Assembly: GCF_009914755.1 (NCBI RefSeq)
Contig: NC_060929.1
Origin: the human T2T-CHM13v2.0 reference genome, Homo sapiens
Reading direction: 5' to 3' (one strand)
Length of the DNA stretch: 64,000 nt
Shown here: positions 11,978 through 22,998 of the stretch, in pieces
Numbering within the stretch: the stretch's first letter is position 1
How the letters are laid out: each line of letters begins with the position of its first letter
Notes under the pieces: generated by a model
Database searches by the model: none
Told to the model about the DNA's origin: nothing
What the model saw: only the letters and a program-made list of their open reading frames with translations
Position numbers and translations under genes: made by a program

Positions 11978-14719
11978 GCTGGAGAGGAGATTTCTGAGCA
12001 GTTAAGATTCAGCTTTTCCCCATGCATTGTTTACTGGCAGTTTCTTAAATCTCTTTGAAGTTAGAGTTTTCTAGGTTGTTAATTTTTAATTTCACTTTGC
12101 AGAATAAAATCATCCAAGTATATACATATTCTGTCATTTTATTCATTCCAAGATGACCAGAAAAACATTTATCCTCATAAAAGTCAAATGTGAAATTAAT
12201 TCCTTTGAATTCAGCATTTCTTGAACACCTACTCTGAACCAGGTGGTGTGCTTGACAAGGGCTAACTACAAAAAAAGAGGAAAGGCCCACAGTCTAGGAA
12301 GGTAAATAAGGCTTAAGTATTGTGAATTTTATTGTCTTCTACATCTGCTAAAAAATTAATTTCAGTAATAATTGGTGTTCTGTTTTAGTTTATAAATGTG
12401 AATATTCAAGTGTCCAGTACTTTAATCCTTTGATGAGTATTATTTTAGCAATTTTATTTTAGAGTGGATAGGGTGTAGGGTGTGCTTTTGCAGTCTTAGT
12501 ATTTTTAAGCAAGCACAAATGCATTACACTAAGATACTTTATATAACCTCCAGAAAATATCTGCCATTTTTGTTTATGCTGCTATAGAAAGTTAATTAAA
12601 TGAATACCTTCACATGAAAAAAATATCCATGGAATGTGCAATCCTTATGCCTTTATACACCTTTCCAGTTAAGCGGTGAACTTGATGAGAGCCTGTCACT
12701 GTTGCTCCTTAATCAGTAGGAAGGGGTCATCTTGAGTGACATGAGGCACTCTTTCCCTGAGGCATTTATCACGTAGCTTTCACGCCAATTGCACCTCCTG
12801 CTGACGTGGAGCTTGCAAAACTAGGAATGATAATTGTTTTTATGACAAATGTGGATTGAGTTAGAAAGGTCAGTGATAGCGTTATTAGAATTAAGCTCTG
12901 CCTGGTGTTGTCAAAACAGGAGACATGGAATTGTTAACTATTCCTTGTAAATCAAATTATGTTATCAGAAAATTCACCTTGTAGGTTAAAATGAACTGTA
13001 GTTGGAGAATATACTTTGGTAGTTATTTGTTGTGATATATATTTTGAAATTATTATAGGCTATAAATTAATTAGAAAAGGTTGAAGTGTTGTTTTACTTG
13101 GCTCTGAGTATACATTTTCAAGGTAAGGCAAATCCTACTCAAAGAAGACCTTTTCAAAGGAAATAAAACATTTTTAACATTATTGATTATTAGATGTTTA
13201 AAAAGTTTGTCCTCTTAAGTACTTATCTTACAGAACATCTAAAATATGTACAAGCTGTTCCTAATACTTTTTATATTTGAATGTATTACTATGTCTTTTT
13301 TAGTGTAAGTATATAGTTTTGATTATAAATACACTTGAACTATGTTTTTTAAAAAGCTTGAAATACAATCCTTAGTACTAGATATAAGTGATTTTTTTTT
13401 TTAGAATGTTAATACTTTTTGTTTTTCAAGAGATGATCCCTCCCACCCCCTTTTTAAAACAGAAGTATAATGAACTCTGTTCTGGGTTTTTTAACTACTT
13501 GCAGAGTTAAAGATCAACAATATTAAGTCAGCAAAGTGACTATTAAACCATATTTCTAACAAAATATGCAGTATTGTTATATATGTAATATATCATATTG
13601 CCTTTAACAAATATAGACCCCAAAAGCCCTTATTCAAGTATTTATAAATAGTTATTTCCAATTAGAATTAAAACATATACTTCCAAATTAGTCATTTTTG
13701 TATCATGGCCCCAAATCTTTTTAGATGTAGAACCCAGATTTGGTAGATCTAATCCTCTTCCTTGCCAAAGTATCTGAGTTGGATCAAGTGAACGTTAATG
13801 TATTATGGATGTTAAACATTAATAGAGAATGGCTCACTAGTTTGGGACATACAATTTCATTCTACCAAAGAGTAGAAATTTAAACAAAAAACAAAACAAA
13901 AGGTTTAGCACTTCCAAAAAGTCAGGTGCGCTGAACTGAAAATCTGGAATCCAGGTTTGAATTTATACCTATCATACTGTCGTTTATCTTGATAGTAGAT
14001 GAACTAAAATTACCACTGCTTCTCTATTCTGTCTCAAAGTGAAATAAATAGTAATATTGAAAAATCATTAATCTTAAAGTGTTGACAGATGAAAATAACT
14101 TAGTTTGTTGTCAGTGACTTCTCAACCTAAAGGTTAGGTCAACAGTGGTTTATGTCATGACTCTTAATAAATTTTTCTAATGACCAGAATAGTTTGATTT
14201 ATGATAGTTTTTTTGTTTTTGTTTAAAGGAATATTTATCTTTGTTATCTGGCTTCATCCTAAAGATGCATTTTTCTACTTTGCATTCATTCCTTTTTATA
14301 TTAGAGATAAAATTACCGAGCAATAAGTAAAATCTGGTAAAATTAAAATATGTGTTTTAAGGAATTTTCCAGGAAAACTTAAAAGCAGAATTGTAAAGGT
14401 GAAAACTGGACAAGGGGATGAGGGGAAAAATGGTTAAGAATCATTCTGCTTAAAGGAATCCAAAGGGTAAAGATTTCTAGGTACTGTTTATTATATTGAT
14501 GGAACTTAATGAAGGTATAAAATCAGACAAGCATGTAGACTAATCTCAGAAATAAACTGGGTCTTTGAAATTTTTGAATAATATTCGATAAACTAAACCA
14601 AAGGTCCAGATAATTGTTTTATAGAAGGTTCTTTTGGTCGAAATTCAATTTAATCAAAAATAAAGAATAATAAAATTCCAGTTCTAATGGTATCAGAAAC
14701 AGGCTAGATTTTTTTTCAC

Positions 14720-15140
14720 TGTTTTTTAAAAAACAATTGACACATAATAATTGTACATGTTTATTAGGGTACAGTGTGATGCTTCAATACATGTGTACAT
14801 TGTATAATGATAAAATCATGGTGGTTAACATGTCATTTATCTTAAACCTTTCCAATTTCTTTGTGGTGATAACGTTCAAGACCCACTTTTCTAGCTATCT
14901 TGAAATATAATACATTGTTATTATCTGTAGTCGCCCCACTATGTAATAGAACATCAGCACTTACTCTTCTTAGTTCATCTAACTAACTTTGTAGCCCTTC
15001 AGACCATCCTCTCCCCATCTTTGCCTTCCCTCCCTTTCCCTTCCCAGCCTCTGGTAACCACCATTCTACTGTCTACTTCTATGAGATCACCTCTCTTAGC
15101 TTCCACATGTAAGTGAGATCATGTGGTATTTGTCTTCCTG
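14720..15140 (-). mobile_element. L1MA-type 3' end fragment
   Basis: aataattgtacat...gtacagtgtgatg...ccagcctctggtaaccaccattctact...ttccacatgtaagtgagatcatgtggtatttgtc, the antisense L1M 3' UTR signature. Confidence 0.8.
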
Positions 15141-15399
15141 TGAGAAAAAGGTTGTTTCGAATAGTAATACTCAGTCCTTTCTCACAGGCAAATCTTGACT
15201 CATTTCTTATTTTCCTGTCATTTCAGTTCTTTTACACTCCCAAAAATACTGTTAAGTTCCTACATGTTACTGGAGGAAATGGACTCAGAGAGTTGAAAGC
15301 TACTTATTAAAAGTGGTTGGACCTTTTACCTAAATATCATTTTTTACTAATATTAATATTTTAAAATTGAAACTAAATGTTATTAAAAAGGATCTTCTC

Positions 15400-15525
15400 A
15401 GCCAGACATGGTAGCACATGCCTATAGTCCCAGCTATTTGAGAGGCTGAGGCAGAATGATCACTTGAGCCCAGGAGTTCAAGGCCAACCTGAGCAACATA
15501 GCAAGACTCTTTTAAAAAAATAATA
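15400..15525 (+). mobile_element. FLAM-type Alu monomer
   Basis: gccagacatggtagcacatgcctatagtcccagc...gagcaacatagcaagactc plus A-rich tail. Confidence 0.8.
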
Positions 15526-18096
15526 ACATAAATATATCATCTAAATTACATAAGGAAAAAGATTGTAAGTAAAAAATTGCTTATAGTGATTGTCTTTATG
15601 TGAAAAAATTTTGGATCTTTTTCACCTCTCCAGGTTTCTTTGTAATGATTTGTATTTGTTTATAATACCAGTATCCAATTTATTTTGAAAGTAATGCTCC
15701 TGATTTAAGTAAGAATCAGTCCTTGAAATTTTTCTAAAGTTGCCTTATTTAAACTGGCACCTACTGGATTTTTAAAAGGTAAATTACAGTTTTAATATAC
15801 TATTTAAAGTTGGATATAATTAAAAGTATAATTAGTATTATCTAACACAGATCTCAAAAAATACACTATACATGTGCTCCTTTTTTCAAAGTGAATCTGA
15901 CCACTTTACTGATATGGTTCTCTACTCTTTAAGACACTTCAAAATGGAGCCCCAAGTATGCTGAAGTGGGAACTGGGGGGACTTTACTCTTTTGTAGTAC
16001 TCTTAAATTGCTAAAGATTAAACTTGCTCATGTGGATACTATGTGGAGTCATAACATATCTTTACTTTGTGGTTTTAGTATTTATGGGACCTGAAGAATT
16101 ACTTGTTCTCTAGTGAGATTTTTCAGATACGACACAGAAAAGCAGGGAGAAACTGGTAAGATTAAATGATAGCTACATTTATTCAAAGATTGTACCTTAA
16201 ATGGCTTTGAAAGGATACTACTGTATAAAGAATTTTTTTCTTCTATCATCACTCTGAAAAAATATCCACTTTATAACTTATTATTTGCAACATTAATGCA
16301 GATACAAACAACCCTCTGTTGAGAGAATTCTGAGAGTGTCTTACCACAGCTCTCCAGAGCATATTATTTTGCACCTCTTCTGTGAAGGCCGGCAAAATAG
16401 CTTCTTGAAAGGTACTCTTTTAAGTAGTACAACTCAGAACAATCTTTTTACAGTTGTGTTTTGTATAAATATCCTGGATACCTACATGGTAACTATAGTA
16501 CAACCTGATAGTATCAATCTGTTTTTAGGGGGAAGATTTCTTACCTACCGGTCAGGGCTGTTGTCACAGTTATGGGAGGGAAATCAAGTACATATGCATT
16601 AAATGTACTATGTATCAAGTACGTAGCATCATAGTGTGCAAGATTGGATGGTGAATACTTGGTACCCCCAATCCATAAGTCAGAGTATTTTGCTTTTGCT
16701 TAAATTACCAAGCGCTGTATGTTTTGATTTTTAAAAAAAGTTTTTCTCTTACTTCTGAAAATGAATGTTTTTAAAAGTGATGTTAAGCAATTTCACACAA
16801 ATAATGGAACATCACATTAATCTGTTTAAAACCTCCTTTGTCAGATATGTATAGTGTTTTCTGGATGGCTTCTCGTGTGCTTCAAAGACCCTCTTATGTT
16901 TGCTAGGTTCTCTGTTAATGGAAACTGAAGTTTGTAAGAGTTTAAGGCCAAACGTAAGAGGTAGGTATACCATTGTGTTTTTTTGCTCAGAAATTGTTAA
17001 CTACTTCCTCTATTATAAAACAAAGATGACAAAATTACATACTCCGCCTTGTATAATAGCAAATAGACACTTCTTTGTAAAATTTTTCCAAGAGCTTATT
17101 AGTTCTTGACACCGATAAATTGTTTTCCATGGTTGCAGTGTTACAAGGTACACAGAGATTTTGACTTTTCATAATTACTACTATAGAAAAGAAGAATGTT
17201 TTGTGGGGCATGTAGTTATAAGGTTTCAGTTCTCTGATAGCTTTATTAAAAAGGGTTCTTTGAGCTTGGGACAAATATTGTCATTTCCTTCCCCTCATCT
17301 CTCTTCTGTGGTCCAGCTGTCTCTAACAATGCTTGACTATTCTCAGGTGTCTCCAGTAATGCAAAAGGCAAGTATGAGTAGTGAGGGCCAGGTGTGCTTT
17401 TTCTATGAATTTAGCATTTCCTCCAAACCTGTCACCATTTGAACTCTGGCAAAATAAAATCCCTCAAATGGACTCAAGCCCTTTTGAGCTTGTCTTTGAC
17501 TAGAAAGTGAAACTGAACCTATATTATCATCTTTCTTCACTAGTGGGAGCAAGTTCCCACTAGCAAGTGGGAGTGAGTTCCACTCAGCCAGGCCTCAGGA
17601 TCTCCTTAAATGTATTCCTCCAGAGAAAAGATAGTTTTCAGGTTCACTCATTGGTTCAGGTTGGCCACTCCTTTTCTCTTTGGAAGGAACATTGAAGAAT
17701 CTGTAGTAGGGGATAATTGCACTGCAATTTTAATTTTGCTACATACTGAAAAAACGTAGGCACGGCTACTTACGTAAACCATTTCCGCTTTCCTTGAAAC
17801 AAATCTTTCTGCCTAATATAATAAACACTTAATTGACTAAAGCAGAACAGCAGTGTATTTTACTTTGTAAAAAATGGAGTAATAATTTTTCAGTGACATT
17901 TGGAGGTACGGATAATCATATAAATTTAAAAACCTGTCTTTACAAAAATACTGCTTGTGCATGTAATAGAACACTTCTTTTGTATGGGTTTTTGGTGGTT
18001 TTTTTGTTTTTTTCTTTTTTTTTTTAAGCTTAGAATGTCAAAGAAGAGCCCAATAAATTGAAACTCATTTGAGGTCAGTTACAATATTTGATTGTT

Positions 18097-18102
18097 TTTA
18101 TT
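18097..18102 (-). terminator. Candidate distal MCTP1 poly(A) signal
   Basis: tttatt on + = AATAAA on -; U/GU-rich sequence downstream on the minus strand (18040-18065). Confidence 0.55.
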
Positions 18103-19128
18103 TTTTGATTCTTAACCCAGATCCCTCCTTTGAAAAGCACAGATAGAATCATTAAGTTCCAGGAAACCTTTCATGGTGCTCTTAGTTTCTACATTGTATG
18201 ATTGCTTTGGACATTTGATAGTTTTTATTTGCATACTATTTTTTAATGAGATTTTTCAATAGTATTTCTCAAATTTTAGCCATTCAGCTGAAGTAAATCT
18301 TATGTGACTGCCTCTATTCAAATTGCCACTATATAAAAGAAACTGAGGTACCAGAGGGTAACATTTTCACCAAAAAAAAAAGAAAAAAAAATGTTTTGTT
18401 TTCTTTCAGTGAGTTACACCAATCATCCCAGGAAAAAGAATTATAATTGAAAGGAATGACACTATTGTAAGAAAGAATTTACCACATTATTTTCTATGTG
18501 GTTTTAATTCATACTTTACTTTACTGAGCAATTAGAAAAGGCTGATTCTAGATACCCTAATCAAACCAACGAATAGACATCATCTGTACACTCACTCACA
18601 CTAGAGTGTGAAATCACGCTATTCATTTAAAGCCCAAGAATTTAAGCAAGTATTAATTTAGCAATACCTGAGACGTTTTTCAAGAAGTATAATGGTAGCT
18701 GTCTTTACTTGTATTTCTGGAGCAAAAAGGTATAACTGCCTTATACCTTTTTGTTTGTTCTTAATGCTTAGTCAACATTATAAACATTTAGGCCCATTTA
18801 ACAAGTTTATTCGCTGAAATTACTGCCTTTGAATAACATTAATACAAATGTAGACTACTTTGAGCATAGGAGACCTTAGATATGAGATCAAAGTGGAAAA
18901 AAAGCTCCTGTGGTCCCTAGATAAGCATTTACTTCTGAGTTTTTCTTCACTTTTAAATGCAGAATAAAAATTTTATAAAAGATAATTTTAGAAATGTATC
19001 AATTAAATTTGGCTCTCACTGTACTTCAACTCCAGATTTGATTTTAGTATACAATCATTGGTTTGACCGTTGTCTATAACAGGGTCATACAGTTGGTATT
19101 CGATAAATATATCACAGAGTCCTTTTAA

Positions 19129-19276
19129 GAATCTCCCAACTCAGATTATCCTAGTGCATATAGAATGTTCAAAAACTGATTGATTGATTGATAGGTTCTG
19201 TAGGAATTCCAGTTTTTGAACATTCTATATGCACTAGGATAATCTGAGTTGGGAGATTCAATCAATCAATCAGTTT
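19129..19276. repeat. Perfect 50-bp inverted repeat (19129-19178 / 19210-19259, 31-nt spacer) plus an overlapping 19-bp inverted repeat (19173-19191 / 19258-19276)
   Basis: gaatctcccaactcagattatcctagtgcatatagaatgttcaaaaactg is the exact reverse complement of 19210-19259. Confidence 0.97.
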
Positions 19277-20997
19277 GAGTCTGGAACAGTACCAGAATGA
19301 ATGAGAAGTACTATTATGTTCTTTTTGATAAGTGGGGAAAAATTTAAAAGCACAAATACGCATTTCTTATGAATTATCACAACGAATGTCAGTAATAGTT
19401 TATGAATATAAATAATGACTCAGTGAATTTACTCACTAAAAGATACTAAAGGAATATATTTAGTAGTTCACAATATCTATAATAGTTAGCAGTCCAAGTA
19501 GATGTTTGAGTGACATTCAGTCTCTTAAGAAATATTTACATCACAGATCTCAAAATGAAGGCAAGTCAGGCAGCTCTCAAGACAGAATTGCACCTATGTG
19601 AGAAGGGGAAAGAAATAAATAGTTAAAATTTTAACTATACATATTCTGTTTTCAGCCTGTGAATGTAGTAGTTTCTAAAAGCAATGAAGATTTCCCTGAA
19701 TATCACTTTTGTGCCTCAAGCTAGTTCTTATTCCTCTGTTAATGTCATTGGTTGCTCACCCCTCCAGAGGTATTTTCATATAAGAGTCAGAGTTTCAGGA
19801 AAAAGGTCTTATTTGTTTAAACCAAATCTGTTTTTCTCCAAGTGACATATAGTTTTTAAGAATATGCACACAATCCCTCATCAATCTCTGAACCACCAAA
19901 AAAAAAAAAAAAAGGAGTGCTGATTATACGTGGGAAAGATTATTTTCTTTTGTATTTAATACAGTGAATGTGTAGTCAGCATTACCATTGAACTAAACAT
20001 CTGAAATTTGATACAGTGAAACAAATTAGTCATCTGTTAATGGTTACTATCCACTAGATACATCTGAGGTTGTAGAATATCAGGCTTATAGACATTTGAG
20101 TACACATTGTCAGCACAGAACATAAAAGTCTCACATAAGGTATAATTGAAAGTTATTTCAAACAGTTATCTCATCAATAAACTTTCTGTAGTAACATCAT
20201 GTTCATGGAACATTATGTTTTTAGCAACAAACAGTGATGGTATGCAGACAGAAGCATGTCATTTTAAACATGATACATTAAATAAAGCATGTTGAGGTCA
20301 AAGCCTTTCTGTAGAAAGGGAATTTAATTGACATTCAAGCATAGTATATAAACAGATCAAAATAGTTCTATTATAAGAAATAGTATTTAACAACTTATCT
20401 CTAAAATAAAAATACTTTAAAAATCAGCTTCAATGAGATTACATTTATTGTTAAAGAATCTTCCTTTAGAGTGAAATATACATTTCTTTTAGCTTTTCTA
20501 TAGTTTTTCCAGTATAACCCCCACTTTTACCCCATCCAAGTTTATTATTAATAAAGTAGTGCAAAGCATTGTCTGCTGCAATTTCAACTGAGTGTAGTCC
20601 CCTACCAAGTCAGGGAAGTAAGACATTCTCAACCAACCAAATTATTTTTTCTCCAGAGTTATGCTCCCTTAGTATACCAGGGAGTGAGATATAAAAACTA
20701 CTTTAAGAGTCTTGGGAATGCAATTTTTAAGTATAGATTCTATGATAATAGTGAAACATTGATAAAGGCAACCACCACCCCCAAGCAGTTTATTTTATTT
20801 TACAAAACAGGTTTTCATGCATAATCAAGAATGATTTTTTTTAATAAATGAATGTAGTGAAACACTGGCATATCACTTAGCACACTGAATTCTCTACATT
20901 AAAATTCACACTAATAACAAAATCATAGTATGAATTAAAGCATTTCAGTAATCTAATGAGAAAGCAGGTTTTTTTTTTCTCTGAGAGCACTTGAGTA

Positions 20998-21003
20998 TTT
21001 ATT
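20998..21003 (-). terminator. Candidate proximal MCTP1 poly(A) signal
   Basis: tttatt on + = AATAAA on -, ~0.9 kb past the stop. Confidence 0.55.
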
Positions 21004-21885
21004 AAAATATTTTTAGATGCACAGATACAATCTGACACCAAAAGCGATATGGATATAGTTTCCTAGTATTTTTGATAACTGTACTTACTGGGTTGCTAAT
21101 TTGCTAACTAACTGTATAAATTAAAGTAGTGGTAGGTATAAAAATTCAGATAGGCAATCGTTTATAAACTGGCAGTATTTATGTTATGTAGTCCTGTAGA
21201 GATTTTAAGGTTTTAGATGGAATGATTGATTGAAATTCTATAAAGAAAACTTTGTAACCTTCTGAGTATTGATTCTCTTGAGGGAGTGAATGTACCTTCA
21301 CTTATTAGCTTAAAATTAGCCTAAGTCATACCTAAGTAATTTGCACAGGAGTGAATGTCGGGATCTAAAGCCAGAATATATGTTAAATTGAAATGTATCC
21401 ATTCCATTATTCAGGCTTTGGAATTTCCCTCCCTTTTGAAATGTATAAAACATAGAAAAGTGTAATGGATTACTTTTCAGATAAAAAATAGTCGCATTAA
21501 AAAAAAACTTTAAAATCAAATCGACATTTACAATTGATGTAGATTTAATCAGAGCACAGGTGAGTATTTAATCCACTAGTAATTAGATAAGAATATATCT
21601 TCCAGTGTTATCATTCTTATATTTGTTCTTTCAGTGTGTTATATTATTATCCACAGCTAACAAGGTTTTGACACAGCAGTAGCAAAACCTTTATCAAGTT
21701 GAGTCTGTACAATAGAAGTATATATTCAAAGACATATGCCTTTGTACACTATTTACAGATTCTCTCGATCATGATAAAAAGGCAAAATAAATAAAAAGCA
21801 GAAAGAAAGGAAATGCTGCTGAGGCTGAGGGCTTTTTCTTTTATCTTCCCAAACAGATGCTGGTCTCCTCAGTGCTGGGAGCTGG

Positions 21886-21957
21886 CTAGCCAAGATTGTT
21901 TTTCTTTCTTTTATATGGGCTATGAGAAGGATCTGGTTTCAGTTCTTGGTATTGCAC
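21886..21957 (-). CDS. MCTP1: MCTP1 terminal coding exon VQYQELKPDPSHSPYKRKKNNLG*
   Basis: Minus-strand tttaaacag| acceptor at 21958-21960; TAG at 21888-21886; in phase with the previous exon. Confidence 0.95.
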   Translation of the reverse strand: MQYQELKPDPSHSPYKRKKNNLG

Positions 21958-22900
21958 CTGTTTAAACAGAGTTCAGAGGAAGACTGGTCAGGTGGCCACT
22001 TTCTGGCAAAGAAAGGAACAGCAAAGGAATGAGAGACGGTGCTTGGGGGAAGAAAGTGCTCACTCTAGAAGCTGTATGGGATCTGCAGCTGAGATGCAGA
22101 AAGCAATAGAATGACAGAGCAAGAATAAGGGAAATCCTGTTGGAAAGTACATGGGGCCCTGATGTGAACTTTAGTAATGGTATTCACTGTCTATAACACA
22201 TTACATTAAAAGTAAAACCATCTACATCAATTTTTTAAAGGGCTCGATAATGGTTTTTTACAATTTATCGTGTGTTTGCTTAATACAGTCTTAATCTCCA
22301 TCCAGCCCACTGTCATGTCATAGCAAATGAAAAAGGTATCACTGTAACCCAGCTTCAGGATTTAAAAAAAAAAAAACAAACTTCTTTTATTTTGAAAACA
22401 GCTGATGGTTAATGGGCATTAACCTCAAAGGATTTTTGAGATATGCTCCACTCTTCAAAAAGCAGTCAGCTTTCCTCTCCTCATTGATCTCCAAAATATA
22501 CTTCTTCAAAACTTACTTGTAACTCTTGCAAATTCTGGAAAGACTTTTTTTTCTTAAATGTCCACTGGCATATTTTGCTTTCATCATCTAATATTCCTGT
22601 TTCCTCCCCTCAGGTCATACTCCCTGTCACAAACTCCAGCTGAACTAACTTGGAGGAGGATCTTCCCTGACAGCTCTGGTAGGTTCTTTATGCAACTGCT
22701 CTTTCTCCCATTCTCTGTAAGTGCTTCTTGGATAACACCCCAGGTGGGCTAAATTTCTGACTGGTAAAATCTGCTACACAGGCTTTATTAATTTTTACTC
22801 AGCTCTTCTAAAGCCTTTGAAATTAGAAGGATATAAAAGCTAAAACCCCATGCCACACTACATTAAAATAATAGCAATAATAATAACGAAACCTACATAC

Positions 22901-22998
22901 CACTTGTACATCTGAAGGGACTCTGGAAAGGAAGTCAAGTAGTTCATTGTTATCAATTGCATATGGACTCCGAAGCTTTTTTGTAAATTTATTGATGC
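22901..22998 (-). CDS. MCTP1: MCTP1 penultimate coding exon (G)[32 protein letters not shown]
   Basis: Minus-strand tttgtttcag| acceptor, GTG|gtatgt donor; inside ORF 22823-23023; conserved [13 protein letters not shown] motif. Confidence 0.96.

Larger units (their letters stand above)
9697..12010 (+). other. SLF1: SLF1 3' UTR (AU-rich, several candidate poly(A) sites; distal end uncertain)
   Basis: Follows the stop; AATAAA at 10013, 10226, 10638, 11972 and 12103; no obvious interspersed repeat. Which sites are used cannot be read from DNA alone. Confidence 0.6.
18080..21885 (-). other. MCTP1: MCTP1 long 3' UTR with tandem alternative poly(A) signals
   Basis: Minus-strand AATAAA (tttatt on +) at 20998, 20541, 20444, 18806, 18224 and 18097; largely repeat-free and AU-rich; distal end inferred from the last hexamer. 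Confidence 0.65.

Noticed and set aside
19129-19259. MITE or known microRNA call for the hairpin
   Set aside because: No recognisable TIR family or TSD, and I do not recognise a mature miRNA; the structure is fully explained by local copying
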